64,000 bases of DNA from Nitrososphaeraceae archaeon (GCA_044870765.1 JBIOZG010000028.1:1-64000), one strand, 5' to 3'. Counted from the stretch's first letter, positions 10,188 to 20,713 are shown. The notes: a model not told the origin generated them from the sequence alone. Translations and numbers: made by a program.

Positions 10188-10607
10188 ATGAGTGAAAGCA
10201 CAATCAACAACTTAGAGGACCTAAAGAAACAAACGCAAAAATTGGGCATAGCGTATCGTGAATTATTTCCTAAAGTCGATCCTGCTTTCGTTTACGATCT
10301 AATTCTAAGGCTCTCAGAAACTGGAAATATGGAACCAGTCTATACCGTAGAGGTTTTCACCAAAGAAGGAACGAACCCTGAAGACTCAAAACAACGAATT
10401 TTACAAACAACCGGAACTGTCCCAGCGATATATGATAATGGAACTCACTATGTCTCAACGCAGCGAATAACTCTTGAAATGCTTAAGAAACTTAACGATA
10501 TCGACTACGTGCTCGAAGTAATGGGCGACTATACCGGTGGAGCAAGTTCAATTGGTCCACGCCATGAACCGGGAGATTGGAAACGGATTAGAGACAAGTC
10601 GCAGTAA
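10188..10607 (+). CDS. Hypothetical protein
   Basis: 139-aa ORF with AAGGAG Shine-Dalgarno and globular composition. Confidence 0.75.
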   Translation: MSESTINNLEDLKKQTQKLGIAYRELFPKVDPAFVYDLILRLSETGNMEPVYTVEVFTKEGTNPEDSKQRILQTTGTVPAIYDNGTHYVSTQRITLEMLKKLNDIDYVLEVMGDYTGGASSIGPRHEPGDWKRIRDKSQ

Positions 10608-10885
10608 AAAAAGCAAAGATGTGTGTTTATGATAGACTACGCCCCCAAGTTGTCGACAAAATATTTTTAAAATTGGCTGCCGTTTACGACTCAGTAATTT
10701 AGAGTTTCTAAATTCGACTCACATGAGAAGTAGGTTCATCCCTTTCGACCCACCAGAACGTATCATGAAATTTATCTGAAATAGTGCAAAGTTATTTGTA
10801 CCTACTGGACATATAGGATTTAGGTAGATTAGTAGATTGTATGTGCACTTAAAAAGGATAATTAAGATATCGCGAATAAACACTA

Positions 10886-12385
10886 CTATTGTATTTCTTT
10901 GGAAAGTAATACAATCTCGTGTCTGTCGATACTATATTGTGTCCAGACTATCCATAGTTTATTTTTTGCTTTAAAAATTAGGGGATTTATATAATCTTCT
11001 TCTTGATGGCTATTCAACTTCTCTTCGATACCCATTGACCTCAAAGTATCACCAGACCATAAGAGAATTGAGGGATTTTTTGTATCATCCGTCCAGGTAA
11101 CATAGAGCTTGCCGTCGGTGGCCAGTAGATTTGGCGAAACAGAATTACCAGAGTTATTACTTAAATTTCTCACGTAGTTGATGATACCTCGGCCATCTAA
11201 CTTTGTTAACATGATATCAAACGTTCTGCTATGATTTATTGTGTCAGACCATACTACATAGATATCTTTTCCTAGGAGTTGGCCATACGCAAGCCGAGAG
11301 ATTTCTGGAGTGTTACTGACATTAAATATTTGATTGAAGGAGCTGCCGTAGTCTTTACTACTAGTTAGAAATATTTCTGAATTACCTTTTGCAGACATTA
11401 TTTGCTCCCATATTACATATATTTGTCTTCCGTCAGGTGTGGCAAAGATGCTTGGGTTTATTGAATTGCTTCCTTCATTTATAGTTGAATTGAAGGACGT
11501 ATTGGAAGACGGCTCATTCATATTATTATTGGCTGGGGTATGGTTGAGGACATAACTAAGTGTTGATCTATCATCAGAATGCCTCATCCCATTACTTACC
11601 CTTACAGGAGCAGTAAACGATTCACCTTGGTTCAAACTTTTTGTAAATACTATACTACATATAGGATCATCATGTTTGATATCACATTCGGTCCAAACAA
11701 TATAAATGATTGTCCCATTTTCATTGGTTACCATATGAGGATCAAGTGAATCATCAGTGTTATCACTTAGATTAATTGTTTCATCAAAAGAATTACCAAA
11801 GTTAACACTTCTCCTAAAGAATATGTCCTTATTTGTAGAGGAAACATTTTCATTTGCTGCCCACACGACAAATACATTTTCTCTTGATGTTGATAAATCA
11901 TGAAGGTGTACGTTACCAGTAGTATCACTCAAATTTCTCAAATTTGAAAATGTTTCACCGCCATCTTGACTCTTCCGAAATAATAGTTGCCACTGACCTG
12001 ACTGTTCGTCTTCCCATGTGATATAAACATTATTCTTGCTGGCTTTTAATTTAATAATGTTTGAAATTCCTGGTGTATTACTGACGTTACTGATGCTAGT
12101 AGGTAATCCTGAGGCGTTACTGATTTTCGCAAACATAACATCGCTATTATTCGAATCCACATTGCTGATCCAAGAGGAATAGATATCATCCCCCGATACA
12201 GATATCTCGGGATTTATGGAATCATAAGTTGTGTTGCTTAGTACGAATGTAGAATTTTCAATTGCTAAAGTATTAGAATCAAATACCGTTCCGACCCAGA
12301 AAAAGAAAATCATAATTCCAAAAGAAATTACTGCCTTCTCTATTGGATGGCCAATGAATGGTTGATTTGCTGTTTGAATTTTCAA
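10886..12385 (-). CDS. Secreted Asp-box (BNR/sialidase-like) beta-propeller protein
   Basis: Signal/TM helix; SQDGGETF, SLNQGESF, SKDYGSSF Asp-box repeats. Confidence 0.8.
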   Translation of the reverse strand: MKIQTANQPFIGHPIEKAVISFGIMIFFFWVGTVFDSNTLAIENSTFVLSNTTYDSINPEISVSGDDIYSSWISNVDSNNSDVMFAKISNASGLPTSISNVSNTPGISNIIKLKASKNNVYITWEDEQSGQWQLLFRKSQDGGETFSNLRNLSDTTGNVHLHDLSTSRENVFVVWAANENVSSTNKDIFFRRSVNFGNSFDETINLSDNTDDSLDPHMVTNENGTIIYIVWTECDIKHDDPICSIVFTKSLNQGESFTAPVRVSNGMRHSDDRSTLSYVLNHTPANNNMNEPSSNTSFNSTINEGSNSINPSIFATPDGRQIYVIWEQIMSAKGNSEIFLTSSKDYGSSFNQIFNVSNTPEISRLAYGQLLGKDIYVVWSDTINHSRTFDIMLTKLDGRGIINYVRNLSNNSGNSVSPNLLATDGKLYVTWTDDTKNPSILLWSGDTLRSMGIEEKLNSHQEEDYINPLIFKAKNKLWIVWTQYSIDRHEIVLLSKEIQ

Positions 12386-12673
12386 TTTTACACCTCTGAA
12401 GAGGAATCATCGATTACTTTGTGGGTTCCCATTTTTATGCAAACAAATAGTCAATATTCTCCTATTATACTTTAAAACTTTTCAGGCTTTCAGATAGCTG
12501 CCGCAGAAATTCATTTGTAGTCAATTGTAATTTGTTATAGAAATTTGAAATCAACTGGAGACTATATGTGGCTTTATTCGAGAATGCAGATACTAAATAA
12601 CTCTGATATAGAATGGGTCGGATCGTCGCGAGATCTTCATAGTTTTTTCCTCAGATTTGTGCAGCAACAAGAT

Positions 12674-13042
12674 TCACCTCATCCCCTTTTTATATTTAGT
12701 CTCAATTGTTTTTAAAGTTTCTAAATTCAATGTGGAAACATTCTTTTTCAATTTCTTAAGGGTACCTGATAAACTGATTACGGTAACAGGCGGTTGAGTC
12801 ATACTCAGTGAAAATAAAAAATTATCAAGGTATTTTAGTCTGCATCCAATGAATAATGTGTTTCCAAATTGGGAATCATAAAGTCTTAACATGGCAAGTT
12901 CGCAATGAAGAACTCCAAAGAGTTCCTTGAATCGTCGCACGATTATTTCATGCAATTGAACTGGTTTGTATAAATGAGTCTCACTATATAATATTGCGAC
13001 ATATCTTCTCTTTTCTCTATGTTTTAGCATTGACGAATCCAC
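12674..13042 (-). CDS. rnp2: RNase P protein component Pop5/Rpp14
   Basis: REKRRYV...LSGTLKKLKK motifs; adjacent to Rpp30. Confidence 0.8.
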   Translation of the reverse strand: MDSSMLKHREKRRYVAILYSETHLYKPVQLHEIIVRRFKELFGVLHCELAMLRLYDSQFGNTLFIGCRLKYLDNFLFSLSMTQPPVTVISLSGTLKKLKKNVSTLNLETLKTIETKYKKGMR

Positions 13043-13536
13043 TTTGCCTTACTTTTTGTTTCAAGCCATTCAGATAATTCTTCCCAGTAATTTGTAGCGG
13101 ATATCCCTATGAACTTCAATATTGATTCCATAGTCCTGGATGATACCATTTCGTGTATCGAATATGCTCCACTGGACAATATGAACTGGCACTTGTTTGA
13201 ATTACAGACTTCATGAATAAATTTTGCTTGTCTCATCCATCTGCCAATCATATGAGCTTCAAGTTTTCTTGCAGAGGAAATTGAAATTTCTATCCCAAGT
13301 CCTCTTTTTGCTTTACGCTTAATTCCATCTTTACTCTGAAGGGGATCGACCATAAATAAATCGGTTTTGGCATCTAACGTTTTCATGTTGTCTGAGACAA
13401 TCAGGTATGGACAATAGTCAGCAATTGAATGTTTTCTATCCATCCTTAAAATAACATCCTCTCGGTGTAGCGAATCTGTTGCGTAGTTGAAATCAATACC
13501 TACCATATCTAGACCCAATATCTTGGACATGGTCAA
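13024..13536 (-). CDS. rnp3: RNase P protein component Rpp30 (start probably further upstream)
   Basis: GIEISIS...FILSSGAYSIHEM motif; operon context. Confidence 0.75.
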   Translation of the reverse strand: MTMSKILGLDMVGIDFNYATDSLHREDVILRMDRKHSIADYCPYLIVSDNMKTLDAKTDLFMVDPLQSKDGIKRKAKRGLGIEISISSARKLEAHMIGRWMRQAKFIHEVCNSNKCQFILSSGAYSIHEMVSSRTMESILKFIGISATNYWEELSEWLETKSKAKWIRQC

Positions 13537-13571
13537 AGCCCTGTCAAAGTCAGAAACATGTATCCCGAGAT

Positions 13572-14000
13572 CTATTTTCTTGTAAATAGATTTATCACAT
13601 GATCCCTGAATTTATTATTTTGGTTGAATTCTTTTATTGGTTTGAACCTGATTCTGATTGAATCACGTTCTGAGAGAGATATTATTCCCTTGCATAGGGA
13701 CTGCTTATTCAATCTGATGTAGAAATTGTTTTTTTCATCGAAGGAATCCGATATCGAACCTAGAAGAAAGTTTTTTTCGCCAATTTTTAGCCTTGAAATT
13801 ATTCTCTCTAATAATGCACTTGATTCGTTGTGATCACATTCTGCCCCAATAACAGAAATTTCATTCCCCCAATGACCTTCAGCTTTAGAGATCAAAAATT
13901 TTTCCGTTGGTATCAAAAACACATCATGCATCTTGGTAATAATTTTTTGGATATCCTCCGTCGCGTGAGCTACCACATGTATGCTTGTTGAAAGAGTCAA
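13572..14000 (-). CDS. Archaeal RNA-binding protein (PF01877-like, exosome superoperon)
   Basis: HATED...EGHWGNEI...YIRLNKQ motifs. Confidence 0.8.
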   Translation of the reverse strand: MTLSTSIHVVAHATEDIQKIITKMHDVFLIPTEKFLISKAEGHWGNEISVIGAECDHNESSALLERIISRLKIGEKNFLLGSISDSFDEKNNFYIRLNKQSLCKGIISLSERDSIRIRFKPIKEFNQNNKFRDHVINLFTRK

Positions 14001-14042
14001 TCTTGAAAGATTATATCAAAATTAGGGAGAGATGACATAAAT

Positions 14043-14840
14043 TTAGGTTGAACCGGTATTCTGTTCCGTATCCACAGGTGCAGTTTCAATGCCTTCATGT
14101 TCGGTTTGAGTATCAACCCTTTCTTCTTCATTTTGAGAAACTTCAGTTTGAGAAACTTCAGTTTGAGAAACTTCAATTTGAGTATCAACCCCTTCGTCTT
14201 CAGTTTGAGTATCAACCCTTTGAAATCTGGATTTATTTGAAGAAACAAGTTTAGTTTTCTTAATACCTATATGTCGTAACGATGCAATCTTTCTTGCTTT
14301 TTCGTGTAACTCTCTGTGAAATTCGCTATTGTCATCAGTAACTTGCTGTATGAAATTATTTAGATCCCATTGAGGTATTTTTTCAGATAATAATTCATGG
14401 ATTACTCTTCTTAATTCATGTTTCTTTGAGGAGTTGATCCTGCGTTGACTAAACGTTACAACTTCAACTCTAAATTCGTGACCATCATTTGTATTATAAT
14501 TATGAATATGAGTAATCATGGAACTACCCCTCCGGACAAGGCTTCTTAGGAATTCCTTCCCATACTCATGTCCCTTGAAAATTGTAGTGGCCATACCTTC
14601 GCTCACCTTTTCTATCTCTACAAATACCTTGGTCTTGTGATCTGATTGATCTTGTTTCTTGATGTCATATAGCGTATTCTCTACTACGCGACCTACGGCC
14701 GTATTTGCATCTGTTATAGGTAGATAATTGATATGATGTCCTCCAAAGTCTCCAAAAGAACTCGGCGAGTCCAGAATAAGCCATTGCTTGTCTCTCCATT
14801 TGTCCCTGACTCTCCCGCCCCTTCTTGCGCCTTTAGCCAT
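14043..14840 (-). CDS. rps3ae: 30S ribosomal protein S3Ae (eS1) with an acidic repetitive C-terminal tail
   Basis: DKWRDKQW, GRVVENTLYD, LRSLVRRGSS motifs. Confidence 0.93.
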   Translation of the reverse strand: MAKGARRGGRVRDKWRDKQWLILDSPSSFGDFGGHHINYLPITDANTAVGRVVENTLYDIKKQDQSDHKTKVFVEIEKVSEGMATTIFKGHEYGKEFLRSLVRRGSSMITHIHNYNTNDGHEFRVEVVTFSQRRINSSKKHELRRVIHELLSEKIPQWDLNNFIQQVTDDNSEFHRELHEKARKIASLRHIGIKKTKLVSSNKSRFQRVDTQTEDEGVDTQIEVSQTEVSQTEVSQNEEERVDTQTEHEGIETAPVDTEQNTGST

Positions 14841-14913
14841 AAAAAAAACCGTCTACGACCAAAATATAAGTCATGCCATTTTAAGAAGAAATAAAATATG
14901 GAATAAAAAAAAT

Positions 14914-15084
14914 TTAGTCTGACATTGGTTTCCCGTCAGATGAGTACCTTACTTTTTTATTTTCAGATGATGCAACAGGTACGGCACGATGTCGGTATCT
15001 TTTTCCCCTGGAAGCACTCAAGATAATTACGAATCCTATGAAAGCCGCAGTGGTTATTGCATACATCAACATTCCATCAGCCAT
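14914..15084 (-). CDS. 56-aa single-pass membrane protein (below the ORF track cutoff)
   Basis: Manual translation MADGMLMYAITTAAFIGFVIILSASRGKRYRHRAVPVASSENKKVRYSSDGKPMSD*; followed by a T-run on the coding strand. Confidence 0.6.
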   Translation of the reverse strand: MADGMLMYAITTAAFIGFVIILSASRGKRYRHRAVPVASSENKKVRYSSDGKPMSD

Positions 15085-15384
15085 AAAATGGCTTCTCGGA
15101 GCTAGTTTAAAAATATTTATGTAGTGTACAAATTAAATTATTGAAATTTATTCAATGAGAGTCTTTAAAATCAATAAATATTTTCAATATACAGACAATA
15201 TTTCTTCAAGTGGGGTGTAGATTTGCAATAGTATCTCGAGTTTCATGTAATAATTGCAATGCAATTAGGATGCTATACGCGTATACGCGATACGTCCGAC
15301 CGCGGATCGTCTGGTTCTCAAGAATCCATATTAAATCAATTTTGCGCGTGGAGCATTACTTTAAGTCATTGGTGTTCATAATCT

Positions 15385-16053
15385 CTACTCTTCTAGTGCT
15401 ATGGAGGTTGCAGCGTCCTTTTCTGAATCGTCCAAAATAGTTATTACCCCATTGGATTTAGGGTTGTCTAAATCTGAATACAAATACGTCCCTGCTGATT
15501 TAAATTCTTGATCGACCATACCATTGGGTAGAATAAGAGAATTCAGTAGCGCATATTTTGAATTGGATTCTGCTCCCATTGTTATCCTATGTTCTGAATT
15601 GTCTTGATTGAGCCAGACAATCGTAGAGCCAGTAGTTAGTGTTACCTTATCTGGAACAAAACTAGTTTCGTTGTTTGTACTCTTGATGAGAATGTAGAAT
15701 ACCTTATGTCCGTACTTGTCATCTACTGTTTGGTCTGCTACTTGTGTTTGGTTTGCTACTTGAGAAGCAATCTTTTGTTCGTTATTACTACTCGCTTCAT
15801 CATTTTTAGGTTCTGCATTAACAGTACTTTGAGAGTTGCCATCACTACCACCATCGGACCCGCCATCACTACCACCATCATGTCCTTTCCCATGATCTTT
15901 GCCGCTATCAGAAGCATTATCTGAATCAGCAAAAACGTAACTGCTCAATGATAAAGGAGAGGAAGAAACCGACAATACTAAAATGAATAATGTAAAGAAA
16001 ACAAACAAAAAATTCGGCCTAACGTGACTATTCATGAACTTATCCCCTCTCAA
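15385..16053 (-). CDS. Secreted cupredoxin/plastocyanin-fold protein lacking the Cys/His/Met type-1 copper ligands
   Basis: FVPDKVTL..GSTIVWLN.D...H...F..AGTY.Y; YSDLDNPKSNG replaces the usual YCxxHxxMxG. Confidence 0.7.
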   Translation of the reverse strand: MRGDKFMNSHVRPNFLFVFFTLFILVLSVSSSPLSLSSYVFADSDNASDSGKDHGKGHDGGSDGGSDGGSDGNSQSTVNAEPKNDEASSNNEQKIASQVANQTQVADQTVDDKYGHKVFYILIKSTNNETSFVPDKVTLTTGSTIVWLNQDNSEHRITMGAESNSKYALLNSLILPNGMVDQEFKSAGTYLYSDLDNPKSNGVITILDDSEKDAATSIALEE

Positions 16054-16307
16054 GCATATTTCAAGTTATCTAAAAGTTTATTACAATTAAATCTTGGACG
16101 TATTTTTTATTTTGCTTTCTACAACTATAATTAAAGAATAAAAGATATTAGAATTTGATGTGGATTAGTTCTAATTAGCTAGAAATTCTAAAAATGCCGT
16201 GAAAAACCAAATTCGTCCTTCTTTATTCATTCCCAAAAAATGGATTTATTGAACTTTCATGAATTAAATCCAAATCCTTATGACAGTAGAGATGTTGAAG
16301 TTTATGC

Positions 16308-16673
16308 ATGAGTGATTTGAGCAAATTATGTAACGGAATTTTTGATATAGATGAAAAGATAAGATTTGTCGGAATTATTGATGAGATGGGAAAATTGATT
16401 GTAGGAGAAATGAAAAAGGGATTGCCATCTTTGGAAAGAGATGATGGTTCAATTAGGCTTTATCTTGGTTATGCCATAAACAATGTCCTAAGGCGTGATT
16501 TTGATAATGTTTTTGGTAAAGTTCTTTTTACATTTTCAGAAAGAGAAAAGATAAAGCTCTTGACGATTCCAATGAATGACAATTTACTACTCGTTTCTAT
16601 GGATATATCATCCGACCACGATGAATTAATAAAAAAGATATTGAACACTGTGAACAACCTAATTAGATCATAG
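16308..16673 (+). CDS. Roadblock/longin-like (DUF6659-like) thaumarchaeal protein
   Basis: LCNGIFDIDEKIRFVGIIDEMG pattern; paralogue at 47032. Confidence 0.7.
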   Translation: MSDLSKLCNGIFDIDEKIRFVGIIDEMGKLIVGEMKKGLPSLERDDGSIRLYLGYAINNVLRRDFDNVFGKVLFTFSEREKIKLLTIPMNDNLLLVSMDISSDHDELIKKILNTVNNLIRS

Positions 16674-16823
16674 GGTATACAAAGATAACTTGGATACATC
16701 AAAATTTTTTATTTGTGAAAGTTTGATACTAATATCGTTCACATTAAAGAACTCATCTAGAGCATAGAAATTGTCATGATACTACAATACTAAACCCATC
16801 GTATCTCTAGTTGCACTTAATTT

Positions 16824-17972
16824 TTAACCCGGTTTCGCGTTGATTAGAATATCCCTTATTTTTCTCTTTTCCCACCGCATCAGGTATACTATTCCAATGA
16901 CCAAAAATATTTCGACTGATTTGGCCAATATGCCGGCAATATCTACATTTTCTGCCTTATTATCTGGAGATAGTGGCGGTGCAACAATTACCGAATACGC
17001 ATAGAGCACTATTAGAACAGAAGTTCCAACAAGTCCGAAAAGATTCAAGGCGAGCCTTTTCTTGTAATGACTCAAAATGAGATTCGGATTGTTACTAGTA
17101 TAAGTATCGGCAGAGAAATTGATCAGGATATACAATATTCCATATGCTATTTGAGCTCCCGCTGCAGCCATTAGGAATATTGAGTAGTAGATTTGCAAAG
17201 ATCCGTGTTCCGGAAAAATCGCCAGGTGTACGAGTCCTCCTGCTATAGCAACTAACATGATTATATATTTCAGGGTTTCTTTTTCTGGTATCGTAGCGGA
17301 TCTCTGTTTTCTTCTCTTAAGATATGTTTTACCTAACACCGATCCAAGAACTATGATTGGGGTCAAGATTGAAATCACCAGAAGGGAGTTTCTGACCGGA
17401 CCCCAGGAATCTGAGATAGTAACATTAAAAATTACACGTTTACAATCACAACCCGCGATACTCGACAATATGGATCTTGGGGGATCTAATTTATCATGAT
17501 TCACCATCTTATCGTCATTGGCCACACTAAGCACTATTTCATATGAACCTGGATAAGGAAAAACGTAATATAGGTTGAAATCACCAATATCTTGGACTGT
17601 CCAGGGAAATCCCTTTACTCTTTCGCCGGTACTTTCTTGATAGATTTCGACCATTGTTTCAATATTGTGTACATCCTTTCCATCAAAGTCCTGTACACTG
17701 AATGTTATTTGCGTAGGTTGATTAGGCCCCGCATATTCCGGATCGAGTGCCATATAAGGATAATATTTTCCCATTCCATCCCTGTTTGATCCACCATTGT
17801 AATGGGGAGTGTGAGAAAGATGGGCAAATGTAATAAAATGCGTAGTAAAACTCATAATTAATATAAATAAAAATAATGGTATCATGATATACTGCTTTTT
17901 CAAATTATTAGCAATGAAAATTAGCACAGCAGTTTCATATAAGTCGTACTTGATTCGAGAATTTTGTTTCAA
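16824..17972 (-). CDS. Membrane protein with an extracellular Ig-like domain and His-bearing TM helices
   Basis: Signal helix, FPYPGSYEI motif, about five C-terminal TM helices including GLVHLAIFPEH. Confidence 0.7.
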   Translation of the reverse strand: MKQNSRIKYDLYETAVLIFIANNLKKQYIMIPLFLFILIMSFTTHFITFAHLSHTPHYNGGSNRDGMGKYYPYMALDPEYAGPNQPTQITFSVQDFDGKDVHNIETMVEIYQESTGERVKGFPWTVQDIGDFNLYYVFPYPGSYEIVLSVANDDKMVNHDKLDPPRSILSSIAGCDCKRVIFNVTISDSWGPVRNSLLVISILTPIIVLGSVLGKTYLKRRKQRSATIPEKETLKYIIMLVAIAGGLVHLAIFPEHGSLQIYYSIFLMAAAGAQIAYGILYILINFSADTYTSNNPNLILSHYKKRLALNLFGLVGTSVLIVLYAYSVIVAPPLSPDNKAENVDIAGILAKSVEIFLVIGIVYLMRWEKRKIRDILINAKPG

Positions 17973-18092
17973 ATGAAGTTTTTTTGCTTAGAGTACCCTG
18001 ACATCAGAAGATAAAGACTCATTATCCTTTGACAATGCAAAATTACATAAGAATAATTATATCAGTAGTCTTTTCACTTCTTTCTCTATAAG

Positions 18093-20033
18093 TTGAATAA
18101 GTCAATAAGTGTGAAAGAATATTTTGCGAATTTCCCTCATACTTCTTTTAGAAATAACCAAGATGACGTAATAAGACAAATCTGTGACGCCTTTAATTCA
18201 GGTTGTAAATACGTTATATTGGAAGCACCCACTGGATTTGGCAAAAGTGCAATTGCAATGACCGTTGCACGGACGCTTGGTTCTAGCTTTGTATGTACCG
18301 CGACTAAGGATCTTCAAACTCAATACACATATGACTACGGGTTCCTAAAAGTTGCAAAAGGAAAAAACAACTTTCAATGTAGGGTAAAGGAAGATTTTGT
18401 GGAAGCAGGAAAATATCATTGCACTTCCTGCAACTCAAGATCTGAAATTGAGTGCAGACACACCACTGTTGATTATGGGCCATGTCTATCTGATGAATCC
18501 ATGGAGGGGGCAGGTTGTAGATACAGAACTTTCATAAATGATTACAGGATTGATAATAAAGAAAGAAAAAATGAAAGCATCTTTATCAGTAGAGAAAAAT
18601 TAGAAAATTATGAAACTGAGTATTCAAGTTGGATTCATCTAAAGAACTTTGATATTCCACGACAATGGAGTCCCTGTTATTATTTTGATCAGTTATTTCA
18701 AGCTTTAAAGGCAAGCCATTCTATATTTAACTACTCTATTTTTTTATCGTTACTTGCCAATAAGAGCATGATTCAGCAAAGAGAATTACTCGTACTCGAT
18801 GAAGCACATTTACTTGAAACTGAAATCATAAAATTCAGAGGGCTTTCGATATCAAAGAAACGGTGGAGAAGATACATTAATGATTTTAAGATGATCGACT
18901 ATGGCTTCGATTTGAATGGCTGGCTAGGTTTTCTTATAGACTTAGAAAAAACTATCCTTACGCTCATAGGATACGATTCTCTGGTAAATTCCCTTGTAAC
19001 GGAACGGAAAATAAAATATGGATATGATTCAAAAAGCAAGGCAAAATCTAAAAACAAAAGAATAGTAAGTGCCTCGGAATTATTTGAAGATGACGAGAGT
19101 CTTGAAATAGATATAAAATCCGAAAATAAAAAACACTTTCAAATAGACAAGGAAATATTGATTGATATTGTACAGGATATCGACAAGCTTACAAGGACCA
19201 TAAATAATATTCTTTCAAATCCAAAAAACTGGATAGTCTCCGAGGTGCAAAAGGAAAACTACGACGTTCTACGGGTAGAATTCAAGCCTTTAGATGCCTC
19301 CAAATATATTAGAACTATTGTTGAAAAATGTCCAAAAACACTAATCATGAGTGCAACCATTCTAGATCATAGAACATTCGAAAAAAATCTTGGACTGGAT
19401 ACTGGAGATGATAGAACCAAATTTATACAGATTCAATCAGACTTTCCAATTGAAAATAGACCAATTTTTCCTCTAAGTGTAGAATATCTCAATTTTAGTA
19501 ATTTACAGCAGACGGATGTCAAGACAAAAATATCTCATGCGATTGATAACATAATGCATATACATAGTAACGATAAGGGTATAATCCATACCACTTCATA
19601 TGAACAGCTAAATTTTATCAAAGAGAACCTTTCAAAAATGAATTCTAGGAGACTGATATTGACAGACCCTGAAATCCAAAGGGATGAAGTAATTAAAGAA
19701 CATATTGACAGCAAGAAACCAACTGTTCTTATTTCTCCCTCACTACATACAGGTCTTGACCTGAAAGATAACTTATCTCGATTTCAGATAATTACCAAAG
19801 TCCCTTATCCTAACATAGCAGACAAATGGACTTCAGAGAAGAGGAAGATAAATGGGGAATGGTACTATTGGCAGACAGCGCTGAGACTAGTTCAAGCTTA
19901 TGGCAGATCTATAAGATCTAAGGATGATTGGGCAAAAACATACGTTCTGGATGCGGCTTTTAATTATTTTGTGAGGATGAATGTCAACATACTGCCAAAG
20001 TGGTTCGTATCTGCGATAAGAACTGAAAGATAA
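18093..20033 (+). CDS. DinG/Rad3-family SF2 helicase
   Basis: EAPTGFGKS, LDEAH, MSAT, KVPYP, QAYGRSIR. Confidence 0.9.
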   Translation: MNKSISVKEYFANFPHTSFRNNQDDVIRQICDAFNSGCKYVILEAPTGFGKSAIAMTVARTLGSSFVCTATKDLQTQYTYDYGFLKVAKGKNNFQCRVKEDFVEAGKYHCTSCNSRSEIECRHTTVDYGPCLSDESMEGAGCRYRTFINDYRIDNKERKNESIFISREKLENYETEYSSWIHLKNFDIPRQWSPCYYFDQLFQALKASHSIFNYSIFLSLLANKSMIQQRELLVLDEAHLLETEIIKFRGLSISKKRWRRYINDFKMIDYGFDLNGWLGFLIDLEKTILTLIGYDSLVNSLVTERKIKYGYDSKSKAKSKNKRIVSASELFEDDESLEIDIKSENKKHFQIDKEILIDIVQDIDKLTRTINNILSNPKNWIVSEVQKENYDVLRVEFKPLDASKYIRTIVEKCPKTLIMSATILDHRTFEKNLGLDTGDDRTKFIQIQSDFPIENRPIFPLSVEYLNFSNLQQTDVKTKISHAIDNIMHIHSNDKGIIHTTSYEQLNFIKENLSKMNSRRLILTDPEIQRDEVIKEHIDSKKPTVLISPSLHTGLDLKDNLSRFQIITKVPYPNIADKWTSEKRKINGEWYYWQTALRLVQAYGRSIRSKDDWAKTYVLDAAFNYFVRMNVNILPKWFVSAIRTER

Positions 20034-20419
20034 TCATTGGATTTAAAAATCACAGGATCAACGAGATAACTTGTTTTCATATCAATAAGAATTTCACAGC
20101 CAAGAACGTTACTTGTAATTGTTTTTGATTTCGAATGACTATGCATCAGAAAAATATGTCATAATTATATCAATTACGGTTACCTTGAAAAAACCGACAA
20201 AGTTAGATACGGTTACAATTAGTGGCTATTACTGTTAGAATTACTGAAAAATGATTTCTTTAGGCCGACTTGATACGGTAACGATATAAAATTAGAATAA
20301 GCGGAAAGAATCTTAAGAAGAACACCAGCTCGTGATAGAAAAATATGAATTGTTTTAATTCATGAATTGGCATTGATACAAACATGAAATAAAATCCAAT
20401 CCAGAATTCTTGATTCGAA

Positions 20420-20486
20420 GAACTGGTGGGAGGAGTTGATTGGTGATAAACAAGAACCCCACCAGCCCAGTATGTGTTCAAGACTC
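20420..20486 (-). repeat. Hairpin repeat family, copy A
   Basis: CTGGTGGG (20423-30) / CCCACCAG (20458-65); the reverse complement shares agtct..acacat..ttcttgtttatcac..tcaac with copies B and F. Confidence 0.65.
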
Positions 20487-20713
20487 TTCGCTTGCGTTAT
20501 GTTGTAAAGGTCAACAAATTATAATATAGTTTATACTCAACACAATTCAAGTTATAGTGTAAGCCTTTTGACTGAATATGATATTATTTAATTGAACGCT
20601 CAAAAGATAAGACTTACTAACAAATAGTTTAGAAATATACATTATTTCTTGTTGAAATCTTCTGTCTCATTCTACCTCAGTAATTAATATAATACGGCAA
20701 CCAAGAACCCCTA

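Noticed and set aside
10730-10755. GTAGGTTCATCCCTTTCGACCCACCA resembles a tRNA 3' end or att remnant, and includes a CCCACCAG arm
   Set aside because: The T-loop is degenerate, there is no 5' half or cloverleaf and no partner arm; too short to call.
13997-14254. Repetitive ORFs LKLKF... and FEKLQ...
   Set aside because: Alternative frames of the rps3ae tail repeats.
20260-20481. 73-aa minus-strand ORF
   Set aside because: It overlaps hairpin repeat A and has no protein-like features.
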